This document shows positions 17,364 to 26,276 of a stretch of DNA of 64,000 nt, in pieces. This DNA is from an uncultured bacterium (GTDB lineage: Bacteria > Patescibacteriota > Microgenomatia > Levybacterales > UBA12049): the NCBI GenBank assembly GCA_963826535.1, contig CAWGXL010000011.1, forward strand, positions 256,809 to 320,808, given 5' to 3'. The position numbers and the translations under genes were made by a program. The stretch's first letter is position 1, and every line of letters starts with the position of its first letter. The notes under the pieces are model-generated. The model was not told the origin of the DNA, did not search any database, and saw only the letters and a program-made list of their open reading frames with translations.

Positions 17364-18008
17364 CTATATTGCGTAGTATTCCATTTCAAAGGAGATGGGG
17401 AAGTCCGGTTTGGGTAGATTGGCTAACTCGGAAATAGATTTATTGTAATACTGCGGATAGTTTTTAGAAAAGTAGGTATCGACATTTTCCCAAATCGGGT
17501 TTTCGCCAAGTTGGCGTATTATCACATCAATAATATTTCTCGCCTCAACTTCAACATCGCTTAGTATTAATGCTTTCCGGGAAACTGATGCGGGTAAAGT
17601 GTCCGGAAATTGTTTGTGCAAAAGCGGATTACCGATTTTCTGATACCTGTGTATTGTAGCTTCGCGGCCAAGAAGTCGCAGCCAGTAGATATATTTTACG
17701 ATTATGTAAAATACATCGGGTATAAACATAATTAATTGATCTTTGTATTCAAGCTGAGACGCGCGGCTTGCGGCTTGATTGAGGTGACTTAGCGAGAGAC
17801 TAATCGCATCATCCCGGGTGGAATAGCCAAGTGAGAGGGTGTCATTGGAAAAATTAAATTTGGGCCAGGGATCAGCGGCAACATTTAAATATTTTTTGGC
17901 TTCTTCCGCACCTTTGGTCAGCGAGTCAAGTATAAGATTAAAATCGTTCTCAGGTAATTGTAATCCATTATGGGTTAAGGTTTTGTAGTCAAAGGGCTTA
18001 TTTTCCAT
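17364..18008 (-). CDS. Hypothetical protein (214 aa)
   Basis: ORF with no recognisable motif. Lies 40 nt downstream of znuB on the same strand. Confidence 0.5.
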   Translation of the reverse strand: MENKPFDYKTLTHNGLQLPENDFNLILDSLTKGAEEAKKYLNVAADPWPKFNFSNDTLSLGYSTRDDAISLSLSHLNQAASRASQLEYKDQLIMFIPDVFYIIVKYIYWLRLLGREATIHRYQKIGNPLLHKQFPDTLPASVSRKALILSDVEVEARNIIDVIIRQLGENPIWENVDTYFSKNYPQYYNKSISELANLPKPDFPISFEMEYYAI

Positions 18009-18048
18009 GATCTTATTTTATTATACACGAAACATGTTCAATGCGCGC

Positions 18049-18843
18049 TTAGCGCTTGAGTAGAAGGGTGGCGATAAATACGCACAGGGCTATGAGGACA
18101 ATTGTTCCTCCGGCGGCTAAGTCTAAATAGAATGAAGCAAAAATACCGGTAATTACAGAGAGCAACGAAACAAGCTCTGCTATTATTATAGTTTGTTTAA
18201 AGCCTTTCCTAAATTGTAAGGCTGTAACAATAGGAATCACAATGAGGGCCGAGATTAGAAGAATTCCAACAATACGCATTGAAATAGCAATTGTCGTGGC
18301 AGTTAAAACAATTAGAAGAGTATTAATAAGTTTGGTCGGAATTCCACTAACCCTGGCTGTTTCTTCATCAAAGGAGATATATACTAATTCTTTATAAAAA
18401 GCGAGTATAAGTCCTATGACAGCCAATCCGAGCACAAAAATAATACCAATATCACCAACTCGCACAGTTGTTATACTACCAAAAAGATAGCTGAATAAAT
18501 CTACGTTAAATCCGCGGGCTAAACTAATAAGAACAATAGCTACCGCTAAACTTCCTGAAAGAAAGATTGCTAAGGCCGATTCGCCATAAACTTTGTTCGA
18601 ATACCTAAGTCTTTCAATGACAATGGACGCAAAAATTGAAGTAATAAGCGCGGTCAGGACGGGATTTATTTTTGTGATAAGTCCAATTGCTACTCCTGCA
18701 AGGGACACATGAGCCAGAGTATCAGCCATAAGTGAGTAGCGGCGGAGCACAAGAAAAATTCCGATTAAAGGGCAAATAAGCCCGACTATTACTCCGGCTT
18801 GTAAAGCCCTGATCATAAAGTTATATTGAAAAATTTCTAACAT
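18049..18843 (-). CDS. znuB: Zinc/manganese ABC transporter permease
   Basis: Multi-TM permease of the ZnuB/MntB family, in a znuA-znuC-znuB arrangement. Confidence 0.8.
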   Translation of the reverse strand: MLEIFQYNFMIRALQAGVIVGLICPLIGIFLVLRRYSLMADTLAHVSLAGVAIGLITKINPVLTALITSIFASIVIERLRYSNKVYGESALAIFLSGSLAVAIVLISLARGFNVDLFSYLFGSITTVRVGDIGIIFVLGLAVIGLILAFYKELVYISFDEETARVSGIPTKLINTLLIVLTATTIAISMRIVGILLISALIVIPIVTALQFRKGFKQTIIIAELVSLLSVITGIFASFYLDLAAGGTIVLIALCVFIATLLLKR

Positions 18844-18846
18844 ATA

Positions 18847-19590
18847 TTAAAAATGTTTTTTATAATGTTCATCTATGTATTTAGTCTTCAGGAAATCGCG
18901 AGGTGTGCCATAAAACAAAACCTCTTTATTTATAAACGCAACTTCCAAAACTCCATGGTGCAGGATAATATCCATATCATGAGTAATAAGTACTAATGTT
19001 AACTCCAGTTTTTTATTCAACGTTTCAAGAAGCTCAAAAAACTGGTTTCTTGTTTCTATATCAACTCCTACAGTCGGCTCATCCAAAAAGATTACAGTCG
19101 GCTCAGAAACGAGCGCCCTGGCAATAAAAATTCGCTGTTGCTGCCCACCGGAAAGATCACCTATTCGCCTGTTACCAAACTTTAGCATGCCAACCTGCTC
19201 AAGTGCCTTATCTACTGCCTGCCAATCATACTTTTTCAGCGAATTAAATAATCCCAATTTTGCGTATATGCCCATTGCGACTACTTCTCTTGCTGTTGAG
19301 GGAAAGTTTTGGTCGAAGTTTACTTTTTGAGGAACATACCCGATGCTCGGCCAATCTTTAAAAGTTGCTAAATCTTGATTAAAAAGTTTTATCTTTCCGT
19401 GTGTTGGTTTATATAGCCCAAGGATGCACTTAAGAAGAGTGGTTTTGCCTCCGCCATTGGGGCCAACAATACCCAGATAATCACCTTTGTGGATTTGGAG
19501 GTTTATTTCCTTTAAGACTTCTTCTGTGTTATAGGCAAATGAGACGTTCTTTATCTCAATGATGTTTTTTGTGTGGTCTACTTGCTGCAT
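18847..19590 (-). CDS. znuC: Zinc ABC transporter ATP-binding protein
   Basis: Walker A (GPNGGGKTT), ABC signature (LSGGQQQR) and Walker B (IFLDEPT). Confidence 0.85.
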   Translation of the reverse strand: MQQVDHTKNIIEIKNVSFAYNTEEVLKEINLQIHKGDYLGIVGPNGGGKTTLLKCILGLYKPTHGKIKLFNQDLATFKDWPSIGYVPQKVNFDQNFPSTAREVVAMGIYAKLGLFNSLKKYDWQAVDKALEQVGMLKFGNRRIGDLSGGQQQRIFIARALVSEPTVIFLDEPTVGVDIETRNQFFELLETLNKKLELTLVLITHDMDIILHHGVLEVAFINKEVLFYGTPRDFLKTKYIDEHYKKHF

Positions 19591-20552
19591 TCTAAGGCTA
19601 TTTGCAGGTTTTTCAAATTATCTTCCATGACTGTGAAGTAATTTTTTCCTGTTCTTATATCATCATCTGATAATCCTTCAATCGGGTCAAGTACCAGAGT
19701 TTTTGCTCCTGTCTCATTGGCTATTGTCTCTGATAATTTAGGACTGACCAGAGTTTCAAAAAAGATATACTTTATATTATTTTCTTTTACAAACTCTGAA
19801 ACCTGCGCAAGTTGTGCCGGGGAAGGTTCTTCATCAGGGGTTATGCCGGAAATTGGAACTTGAGTCAAATTATATTCTGCTGCTAAATAACTAAATGCTG
19901 TATGAGAGGTGACAAAGCTCTTTTGACTGCAAGCGCTTAGTCCTTGTGCAAATTTTCTATCTAATTCATCAAGTTTTTGTTTTAAGTCTTCTGTGTTTGC
20001 AACGTAGGAAGCTCTATTGTTTGGATCAATCTTTATAAAACCTTGATAGATTTTATCTACTTGTGATTTGGCTAAGACGGGACTTAACCAGGTGTGCGGG
20101 TCAATATTCGATTCTTCCTCATGCTTTTCATCTTCTTCTTCCTCATGTTCTTCTTCATGCCTTTGAGTACTTTCTTGGAGGCTTAATCCTTCTGTCGTAT
20201 TGACGATGGTTACATTTTTAAGTTCGTCTTTTAGCTTGTCAAGCCAGGGCTCAAAACTACCTCCATTGACAATAAGAAGTTTAGTGTTTTGAATACGCGC
20301 AATATCTTGAGGGGTAGGGTCATAATCATGAGGCTCAACACCGGCTGGGGTAATATTAAACACATCTGTTTTGTCTTTTCCAATAACTGAAGCAAAAAAA
20401 TAGAGAGGGTAAAAAGAAGCGGTTATTTGATGTTTGTTAGTTTTGGCATTATCAATCTTTGTAGTATTTTGTTTCGATGTTTCACTATTAAAATAAATGA
20501 AGCCTGCGATTAATATAACTGCGATGATAATATACAACCAAATGTTTTTCAT
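19578..20552 (-). CDS. znuA: Metal (zinc) ABC substrate-binding protein with a His/acidic-rich loop
   Basis: TroA/ZnuA-like fold. HEEEHEEEEDEKHEEES loop typical of ZnuA. Confidence 0.8.
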   Translation of the reverse strand: MKNIWLYIIIAVILIAGFIYFNSETSKQNTTKIDNAKTNKHQITASFYPLYFFASVIGKDKTDVFNITPAGVEPHDYDPTPQDIARIQNTKLLIVNGGSFEPWLDKLKDELKNVTIVNTTEGLSLQESTQRHEEEHEEEEDEKHEEESNIDPHTWLSPVLAKSQVDKIYQGFIKIDPNNRASYVANTEDLKQKLDELDRKFAQGLSACSQKSFVTSHTAFSYLAAEYNLTQVPISGITPDEEPSPAQLAQVSEFVKENNIKYIFFETLVSPKLSETIANETGAKTLVLDPIEGLSDDDIRTGKNYFTVMEDNLKNLQIALECSK

Positions 20553-20558
20553 AATTTA

Positions 20559-21038
20559 TTAGTTTTGACTCTTCTGACAACTTTTACAGAGGCCATAAAA
20601 TTCTAAAGCATGGCTAGTGACTTTAAAATGCTTTTTCTTTTCAATATCTTTTTGTAAACTGACAATGTTGCAATCTGATATATCTTCAATTTTTCCACAG
20701 TTTTCGCAAATGAGATGGTGATGGTCTTCGCGATTTGCTAGTTCGTATCGAAATTTTCCTTCGTTAAATGATATTTGCCTTGTGATGCCTTTGTCGGTGA
20801 ACATATTCATAATGCGAAAGACTGTCGCGGGATCTGCTTTAATATTTTTGTCGTCGAGATAGTCTTTTATCATCTGGATATCAACCGGAGTTGCGGCGCT
20901 TTCAAGTAATTTCATCACCGCGATTCGAGCAGGGGTTGCCCGAAGGTCTGCTTCGTTTAATTCGGCTTTGCAGTCATGTTTTATTTTGGCAATTGTCATA
21001 ATTAATCGGATGATAGCATAAATGCAATAAGGTTGCAA
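20559..21038 (-). CDS. zur: Fur-family metalloregulator, likely Zur
   Basis: Fur-like winged helix with HHHLICENCG...CKSC metal sites. Heads the znuACB genes. Confidence 0.75.
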   Translation of the reverse strand: MQPYCIYAIIRLIMTIAKIKHDCKAELNEADLRATPARIAVMKLLESAATPVDIQMIKDYLDDKNIKADPATVFRIMNMFTDKGITRQISFNEGKFRYELANREDHHHLICENCGKIEDISDCNIVSLQKDIEKKKHFKVTSHALEFYGLCKSCQKSQN

Positions 21039-21044
21039 GAAAAA

Positions 21045-21674
21045 TCAGGCCGCTTCCTCATATGCAGTACATGATCCACATGCGCCATTGTCTCCCAAAT
21101 CTTTACCGCAGTTTTTACAATGTTCGTGTTTATCTGTTTTATGTTCACTTCCTCCATAAGCACCACCTACTGTGTTAGATGTTGCCGGTTGTGCACTGCC
21201 ACTACTATGTTGTGTTGGCGGGCAACAATTTATAGCGGCTGAGGCTACTGCAACAACCCTCGAGGAATTGTCGATAGCTCTTTTTGCTAGATTATATTTT
21301 TCAAAAATTACTGCTCTATTTTCCCTTGGTCTTGAAAAATTTACAACGATCACGTTATTTTTTGGTAGATCTTTGGAAGACTGGCTTCCAATTGTTTCAT
21401 TTGCAATTTCATTTATTGGAGGGGTGTCAAAAAAATCTTCCATTACCATATCATCAATTTCTCCATCTGCTGCAAAGCCTGTCATCTCAGGATTTATTAA
21501 TTCGGGAGTGAAATCTTTAGCTATTGGCTTTGAATCAATCGGCTGTAAATAGAATGCAGCTGAGGGGTGCTCTTTTGAAATTCTATTTTTTGAAAAATTA
21601 TTGAGTTGAGGAATTTGTGATACAAACTCTTGCTTTGGAATACTGAAGCTTGGTATCATTTCTGCATTTAACAT
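21045..21674 (-). CDS. Hypothetical protein with a Cys/His-rich C-terminus
   Basis: C-terminal HEHCKNCGKDLGDNGACGSC. Only 6 nt upstream of zur on the same strand. Confidence 0.5.
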   Translation of the reverse strand: MLNAEMIPSFSIPKQEFVSQIPQLNNFSKNRISKEHPSAAFYLQPIDSKPIAKDFTPELINPEMTGFAADGEIDDMVMEDFFDTPPINEIANETIGSQSSKDLPKNNVIVVNFSRPRENRAVIFEKYNLAKRAIDNSSRVVAVASAAINCCPPTQHSSGSAQPATSNTVGGAYGGSEHKTDKHEHCKNCGKDLGDNGACGSCTAYEEAA

Positions 21675-21682
21675 ATTACCCG

Positions 21683-22711
21683 TTATCTTACTCCCAAATT
21701 ACTTTTAAAAACCTGGACTACATCCCTTACTCTAGCATCTGCATATTCATGCATTCCTGATGCCGTTTTCAATAAAGCGTCAACGACTGCTCCTTTTTGA
21801 GTACCTCCTCCAAATCCTTGAGGATTTGTTTCAGCAATCCTTTGAGCTGCTGCATCTATTCCCCCAACGAAGAGAGGTGATTCATCTGCTTCGAGGAAAC
21901 CTGAGGTGCGATGTAATGGTACAACATGCCCTGTTTGGTCAATTTTCACTTCTGCTACCCATTGATTTTTTGATGGTCTACCTCCCAAATAAATAGCATC
22001 TGGGCGAATGTGAATGTTTCTTGGAATAAAATGTGCGGTTAAGAAACTTCTTGGAATAGTAAGACGGGGATTTTTGTGGCTATTACACCCTTCGGCAGCA
22101 ATAGAGTTATCAAGTTCGGTCGGATCTCCTGTAGTGGAGGCAAATACTCTGGACATAACATTAGTTGCTTCATTCCCTTTTCTTGGGTGAAAAAGACGGG
22201 CAAGAAGCTCGATAGCATCTTGTTCTTCAGTACGAACTGTCCCTTGTGAATCAATTAGATATTCTCCCCAAACTCCTTGAGTTCTGCCTCCTTGCAGATC
22301 TTCTTGTCGAGGTTTCCTTATATAGCCGAACAATTCAAGAGAATGATTTTCGTTTCCAATTACAGTCGCAATTGTCCTAATTCCTCCAAACCCTTGAGCA
22401 AATTTTTCAAACTTAGTTCTATTTAAATCTGTAAAATTAGGCTCACGTACTGCGGTTAAGGCAATAATATCTCCAGGAGATAATCTAGACATTTCCCCTA
22501 TTCCTGCTATATCCAGATTAATAAGAGATGTCCCCCTGCCGGTCTCTCGTGATCTCAGCTGGGGTGAGGCTGCAACAACTTCAATTGCGCTTTCTCTACC
22601 AATTCCAAAAACTTGGCCTGCTGTTGTGTGTCCATTATTACCTAGAGCGCTATCTAATTTCACAGCGTCTCGCTGAACTTCTCTTGCGCCTTCCACTTCA
22701 ATTTTTATCAT
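21683..22711 (-). CDS. Hypothetical protein (342 aa)
   Basis: Long ORF with a strong promoter immediately upstream. No recognisable domain. Confidence 0.55.
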   Translation of the reverse strand: MIKIEVEGAREVQRDAVKLDSALGNNGHTTAGQVFGIGRESAIEVVAASPQLRSRETGRGTSLINLDIAGIGEMSRLSPGDIIALTAVREPNFTDLNRTKFEKFAQGFGGIRTIATVIGNENHSLELFGYIRKPRQEDLQGGRTQGVWGEYLIDSQGTVRTEEQDAIELLARLFHPRKGNEATNVMSRVFASTTGDPTELDNSIAAEGCNSHKNPRLTIPRSFLTAHFIPRNIHIRPDAIYLGGRPSKNQWVAEVKIDQTGHVVPLHRTSGFLEADESPLFVGGIDAAAQRIAETNPQGFGGGTQKGAVVDALLKTASGMHEYADARVRDVVQVFKSNLGVR

Positions 22712-22758
22712 ATCTTTTGTGGTTATGCAGTGATTATTAACTGCAATTTAGTTGCATT

Positions 22759-22787
22759 AGTATATGCGATATGGTCGCGTTTGTCAA
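22759..22787 (-). promoter_or_regulatory. Sigma70-type promoter TTGACA-17-TATACT driving the 22711 gene
   Basis: Read on the minus strand. Its 16-bp core is identical to the promoter at 23389-23417. Confidence 0.6.
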
Positions 22788-22821
22788 GTATTGCTTTTAT
22801 TGATTGGTATATTCTTAAAGC

Positions 22822-22850
22822 AGAAAATCCCAACAAGGTGGGATTTTCTG
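22822..22850. terminator. Rho-independent terminator hairpin AAAATCCCA-acaaggt-GGGATTTT
   Basis: Perfect 9-bp stem flanked by A/T runs on both sides, so it is bidirectional. Confidence 0.6.
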
Positions 22851-22898
22851 TATGTATTGTGTAAATTCTGACAAAAAACTAGTCAATGAGATTTTTTA

Positions 22899-23060
22899 TT
22901 TTGCGAGTCTGGCGGCATCTTCTTTGCTTAGTATTTTAAAAAGTTTCATACCATTGACTTCTGCTTTTGCCGCCTTTCTATTATTCTTCATTGTTACAAC
23001 AGTTACTTGCTTATCCGGTACATCTACGGGTTGACGTGTTTTTACGTTATAAAATTTCAA
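22899..23060 (-). CDS. Unannotated small basic protein (53 aa)
   Basis: Minus-strand TTG start 7 nt after GGAGGTG. It overlaps the upstream gene's stop (TTGA) and is followed by the terminator above. Missed by the ORF track because it is under 60 aa. Confidence 0.45.
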
Positions 23061-23368
23061 GATTTATTCACCTCCTTCCACATCAGTATAAGTTCTGTTT
23101 CGCGATTTACTTGGCCTTCTGTCCATGTCGGATATTTCACATGCAGCAACTCATGAATAATGTCATCCATATGCAGTTTTCTTGTGTGGTACAGATAAGC
23201 GGTACAGTTTATATGATCTGCAAGAATTCCGACAAATTCATGGCCTCTTTTGCAGCTGTCATCACATACCTGATGGATGGAAATTCTTTCGCAAGTTATT
23301 TTGTAGTCGTGCAGTTGTAATTCTTTTTGCCACCGGGAAAGTTCAAAGGTTAATCTCGAGTCACTCAT
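23057..23368 (-). CDS. Small protein with an HExxH motif (putative zinc metallopeptidase-like)
   Basis: DDIIHELLHVKYPTW plus several Cys/His upstream. Confidence 0.45.
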   Translation of the reverse strand: MSDSRLTFELSRWQKELQLHDYKITCERISIHQVCDDSCKRGHEFVGILADHINCTAYLYHTRKLHMDDIIHELLHVKYPTWTEGQVNRETELILMWKEVNKS

Positions 23369-23388
23369 AAATGCAAATTATTTGCATT

Positions 23389-23417
23389 AGTATATGCAGC
23401 TCAGTTACATTTGTCAA
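23389..23417 (-). promoter_or_regulatory. Sigma70-type promoter TTGACA-17-TATACT with the same 16-bp core
   Basis: TTGCATTAGTATATGC is identical to the 22751-22766 copy. Confidence 0.6.
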
Positions 23418-23449
23418 GGGGAGTTTATAAATTTACTCTGGCAGGTAAA

Positions 23450-24133
23450 TTATTTTTTGTCTTTATCTGACGAGATCTGTAAGAGCGGACTTTCTAAAGA
23501 AGCGTCCTCAGGTCCTTTTTCCTGCTTATGCTTAAGTATTTCATCCGCCATTCGTTGCGCTTTTTGAATATCTTCATCAGTTGCGCCCATTTGTTTCTGA
23601 GCAAAAATTATTTGATCGCGATTCCATTGCGGAAAATCAGGCCTGACAAATAACCATGTCATTTGTCGCACATCAAGTCTCCGCAATTTTCCTACATAAT
23701 TGGCTACTTTATGATTTGGGTGAGAGACGGCAGCATCAACTAAATTAGGACTTAAAAGTATCTTCTGTGCCCATGCTTGATGAAAATTCTCCATTATGTT
23801 TTGCCAGATGACCCAACGTTTTGGCACCTTACCGCTAAAACGCTGTTTCCAAATAAGATCGTAATGGGCATCTTTTAAATCATCTGCAAAACTTTCAGCA
23901 GCCCTTCTTTCATCCCAACCACCCTGTCCATACCATTCTCTCCTTCTAGCTAATGATTCATTTCCTTCTGCAACATATCTTTCTAAATTGAAATCTAGTG
24001 TGCCTTTACTGAATAGTTGCCGTTCAAAATTATTGAGTGGGGTTTCAGATGTAGGTGGCTTTACAGCATTACGTGCTTCAAGAGGTTGAGGAAGGCCGCC
24101 TTTTGGAAGTTCTTTCTGTCCGCTTTCTGGCAT
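23450..24133 (-). CDS. Hypothetical protein (227 aa)
   Basis: ORF only. Confidence 0.45.
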   Translation of the reverse strand: MPESGQKELPKGGLPQPLEARNAVKPPTSETPLNNFERQLFSKGTLDFNLERYVAEGNESLARRREWYGQGGWDERRAAESFADDLKDAHYDLIWKQRFSGKVPKRWVIWQNIMENFHQAWAQKILLSPNLVDAAVSHPNHKVANYVGKLRRLDVRQMTWLFVRPDFPQWNRDQIIFAQKQMGATDEDIQKAQRMADEILKHKQEKGPEDASLESPLLQISSDKDKK

Positions 24134-24145
24134 AAGAGTAATATA

Positions 24146-24592
24146 TCATACTGGATTATATCGTTCAACAAAAAACTTTTTTAATAAAACTACGTCAATA
24201 TCTCTGAATTTTTGTAGTCTTGCATCGTTGGTTATAAGAACATCTGCTTTGGCCATAATAGCTGTTGCGAGCTGGATAGAGTCAGGCAAGCGGAAACCAT
24301 TGTTTCTGCGAATTCTTGCTGCCTCGAGTCCTATATCTTCTGTGACTTCATATTGAGTAAAATTGGGTAGAGTCTTAAATTTTTCTTCTATTTTACTGAG
24401 GACACTTGGAGGAGATGGGTAGGATAAGGCCTCGATAGCGCTAATAATACTTGTAATTCCGCGGTAGTCCCCATTTATAATTACCTTAAAGAGTCGGTTT
24501 GTGTATTCAATATATGAAGGATTCTCTTCAAAATGGTAGATGAAAATATTGCTGTCAAGAGCAAGTATTTTATTTTTCATGCCATTCATCAC
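24146..24592 (-). CDS. vapC: PIN-domain toxin (VapC-like)
   Basis: LDSNIFIY at the N-terminus and ITNDARL at the C-terminus, typical of PIN acidic residues. Overlaps the upstream antitoxin. Confidence 0.7.
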   Translation of the reverse strand: MMNGMKNKILALDSNIFIYHFEENPSYIEYTNRLFKVIINGDYRGITSIISAIEALSYPSPPSVLSKIEEKFKTLPNFTQYEVTEDIGLEAARIRRNNGFRLPDSIQLATAIMAKADVLITNDARLQKFRDIDVVLLKKFFVERYNPV

Positions 24593-24815
24593 GAAGTTTA
24601 TCTAAATAGGCTGTAGTATCAATATTTTTCCAAGCCTCCTTAGCAATACCACGAGAACTCTCGACCCAGCTTTTTGGATTAGTATGAATTGCAACGCTAT
24701 TTTTTCCCATGACACCAATACTCACTTTGCTTCCGGGTTTAAAATCCTTTATCTTTTTACGAATTTCTTTTGGAATAACAATCTGATATTTAGTTCCAAC
24801 GGTTACTTGCTGCAT
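24570..24815 (-). CDS. vapB: AbrB/MazE-type (SpoVT-AbrB fold) antitoxin (VapB-like)
   Basis: MQQVTVGTKYQIVIPKEIRKKI... swapped-hairpin motif. Confidence 0.65.
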   Translation of the reverse strand: MQQVTVGTKYQIVIPKEIRKKIKDFKPGSKVSIGVMGKNSVAIHTNPKSWVESSRGIAKEAWKNIDTTAYLDKLRDEWHEK

Positions 24816-24824
24816 AGTATGTCA

Positions 24825-24853
24825 AATATACTGAAAACTGTCATACGTGTCAA
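24825..24853 (-). promoter_or_regulatory. Sigma70-type promoter TTGACA-17-TATATT for vapBC (near-leaderless transcript)
   Basis: The -10 ends about 10 nt before the ATG at 24815. Confidence 0.5.
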
Positions 24854-24874
24854 GGGGCAAAATATCGGCTGTGG

Positions 24875-26050
24875 CTATTTTGGTCTTCTTTTTTGGCTGG
24901 TGGTCATGTCCAGGTCTTTCGAAATAGTGTGGAGAAAGTCGGAGAAATTGGTTCCGCGGAGGGCGACGAAGGCAGCTAAAAGCGTGGTGAAGGGGACGGC
25001 GAGGATGAGGGCGCTGCTGCCGACAATTGTTGTTATAATTTCTTCAATTGTTGTTTCATTATTGAGAATTACCCACCACGGTAAGTTGGAAGGATTGAGG
25101 GTAAAAAAGATAAATATACCAAGTGAGGAGCCGGTGTATGCTAGAACCAGTGTATTGATAAGGGAGGCGATGTGTTCTTTGCCAATTTCCATACCTTTCT
25201 TAAATAATTCATTAAATTTTTGTTTGGGATTTTCTTTTACTAGGGTGAATATGGTTATTGATTGAGTTGTAGTAATATCGTTGAGCGCTCCTAATGTTCC
25301 GATAAGTATAGCTCCAAGAAGTAACCCTTGTGTGTTTATCGACTGAGTTGCTCCGATTTGTAATTGATAGACTTCTTCACTTCCTAATCCAAACAGGTTC
25401 AATGCGTCTACGAGGACGGTGGATATCCAACCTGTAAATACCAGAGCCGCGGCTGTGCCGATGACTGCAACTGTTGTCTTGAGTGAGAAACCGTGCGCGA
25501 TATAAGTTGTTACGAGCAGCATGATACAGGCTGCAATAATTACAACTTGCACAGGGTCCTGACCTTTCACTATCTGCGGAATCATCCATTGACTTATCAG
25601 CAATAAACTTATGATAAGACCGATAAACGCGCCAATGCCTTTTTTACCGCCAATAAATACAATCAAAACAATAAAGCCGAAAAGCACGAACCAAAATGTA
25701 TCCAGGCGGTAGGGTTCGTAGATTGAATATGACTTTTTACCTGTTGGGTCGAGTCTGCTACTTATGACAACTTTGGCGCCGGCATTTAATTGATTTGATT
25801 TCATGTTCGGGTTGCCGGAACGGCTGATAACTATTATTTTTCCAATTTCTGGTCCTTCCAGTAATTTTACCTGCACGGTCTCTTCATTTATGGTTGAGTC
25901 GGCGATGTGAATAGTTTTATGGTTTAAGATTTTTACTACTTCTGCGCGGACAAATGTCTCTTGATTATCTAATTGGCCGTTGGGGGCGGCAGAAGCTGCA
26001 GGCGGAAAGAGTAAGAAAAGGGCAACTGCAAAAAGAAAAAGCTTTTTCAT
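24875..26050 (-). CDS. YibE/F-like integral membrane protein
   Basis: Signal peptide, an extracytoplasmic domain, then about 8 TM helices. Likely start at MKKLFLF. Confidence 0.55.
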   Translation of the reverse strand: MKKLFLFAVALFLLFPPAASAAPNGQLDNQETFVRAEVVKILNHKTIHIADSTINEETVQVKLLEGPEIGKIIVISRSGNPNMKSNQLNAGAKVVISSRLDPTGKKSYSIYEPYRLDTFWFVLFGFIVLIVFIGGKKGIGAFIGLIISLLLISQWMIPQIVKGQDPVQVVIIAACIMLLVTTYIAHGFSLKTTVAVIGTAAALVFTGWISTVLVDALNLFGLGSEEVYQLQIGATQSINTQGLLLGAILIGTLGALNDITTTQSITIFTLVKENPKQKFNELFKKGMEIGKEHIASLINTLVLAYTGSSLGIFIFFTLNPSNLPWWVILNNETTIEEIITTIVGSSALILAVPFTTLLAAFVALRGTNFSDFLHTISKDLDMTTSQKRRPK

Positions 26051-26276
26051 GAAATTAATTATAGCAAATAAGAGGTTGTCTGAGAGGAACAACTGGGGCT
26101 AAAAGACAATCCCCGCCGATCTATGCTCCTTTTTTTAGGAAGAACACGCGGGCGGGTTTGTCTTTTTTGCTTTTCGTACTAGAACTTATCTTAAATAAGA
26201 TTAAGGCTTGAATGTAAGGGTGGGAGTTTAGAATATGTAAGAAGTGTGTAAAAAAATGATGGTATAATTTCCCTAT

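Noticed and set aside
22852-23320. Plus-strand ORFs 22852..23034 and 22967..23320
   Set aside because: They are hydrophobic or low-complexity and overlap the minus-strand HExxH gene. The minus-strand 53-codon gene, with its ribosome-binding site and terminator, explains this region better.
26100-26175. Imperfect long stem AAAGACAATCCCCGCC...GGCGGGTTTGTCTTTTTT as a terminator
   Set aside because: It lies in a divergent promoter region between 26050 (minus-strand start) and 26277 (plus-strand start), so a terminator role is implausible. It may be an operator or structured 5' end, but evidence is weak.
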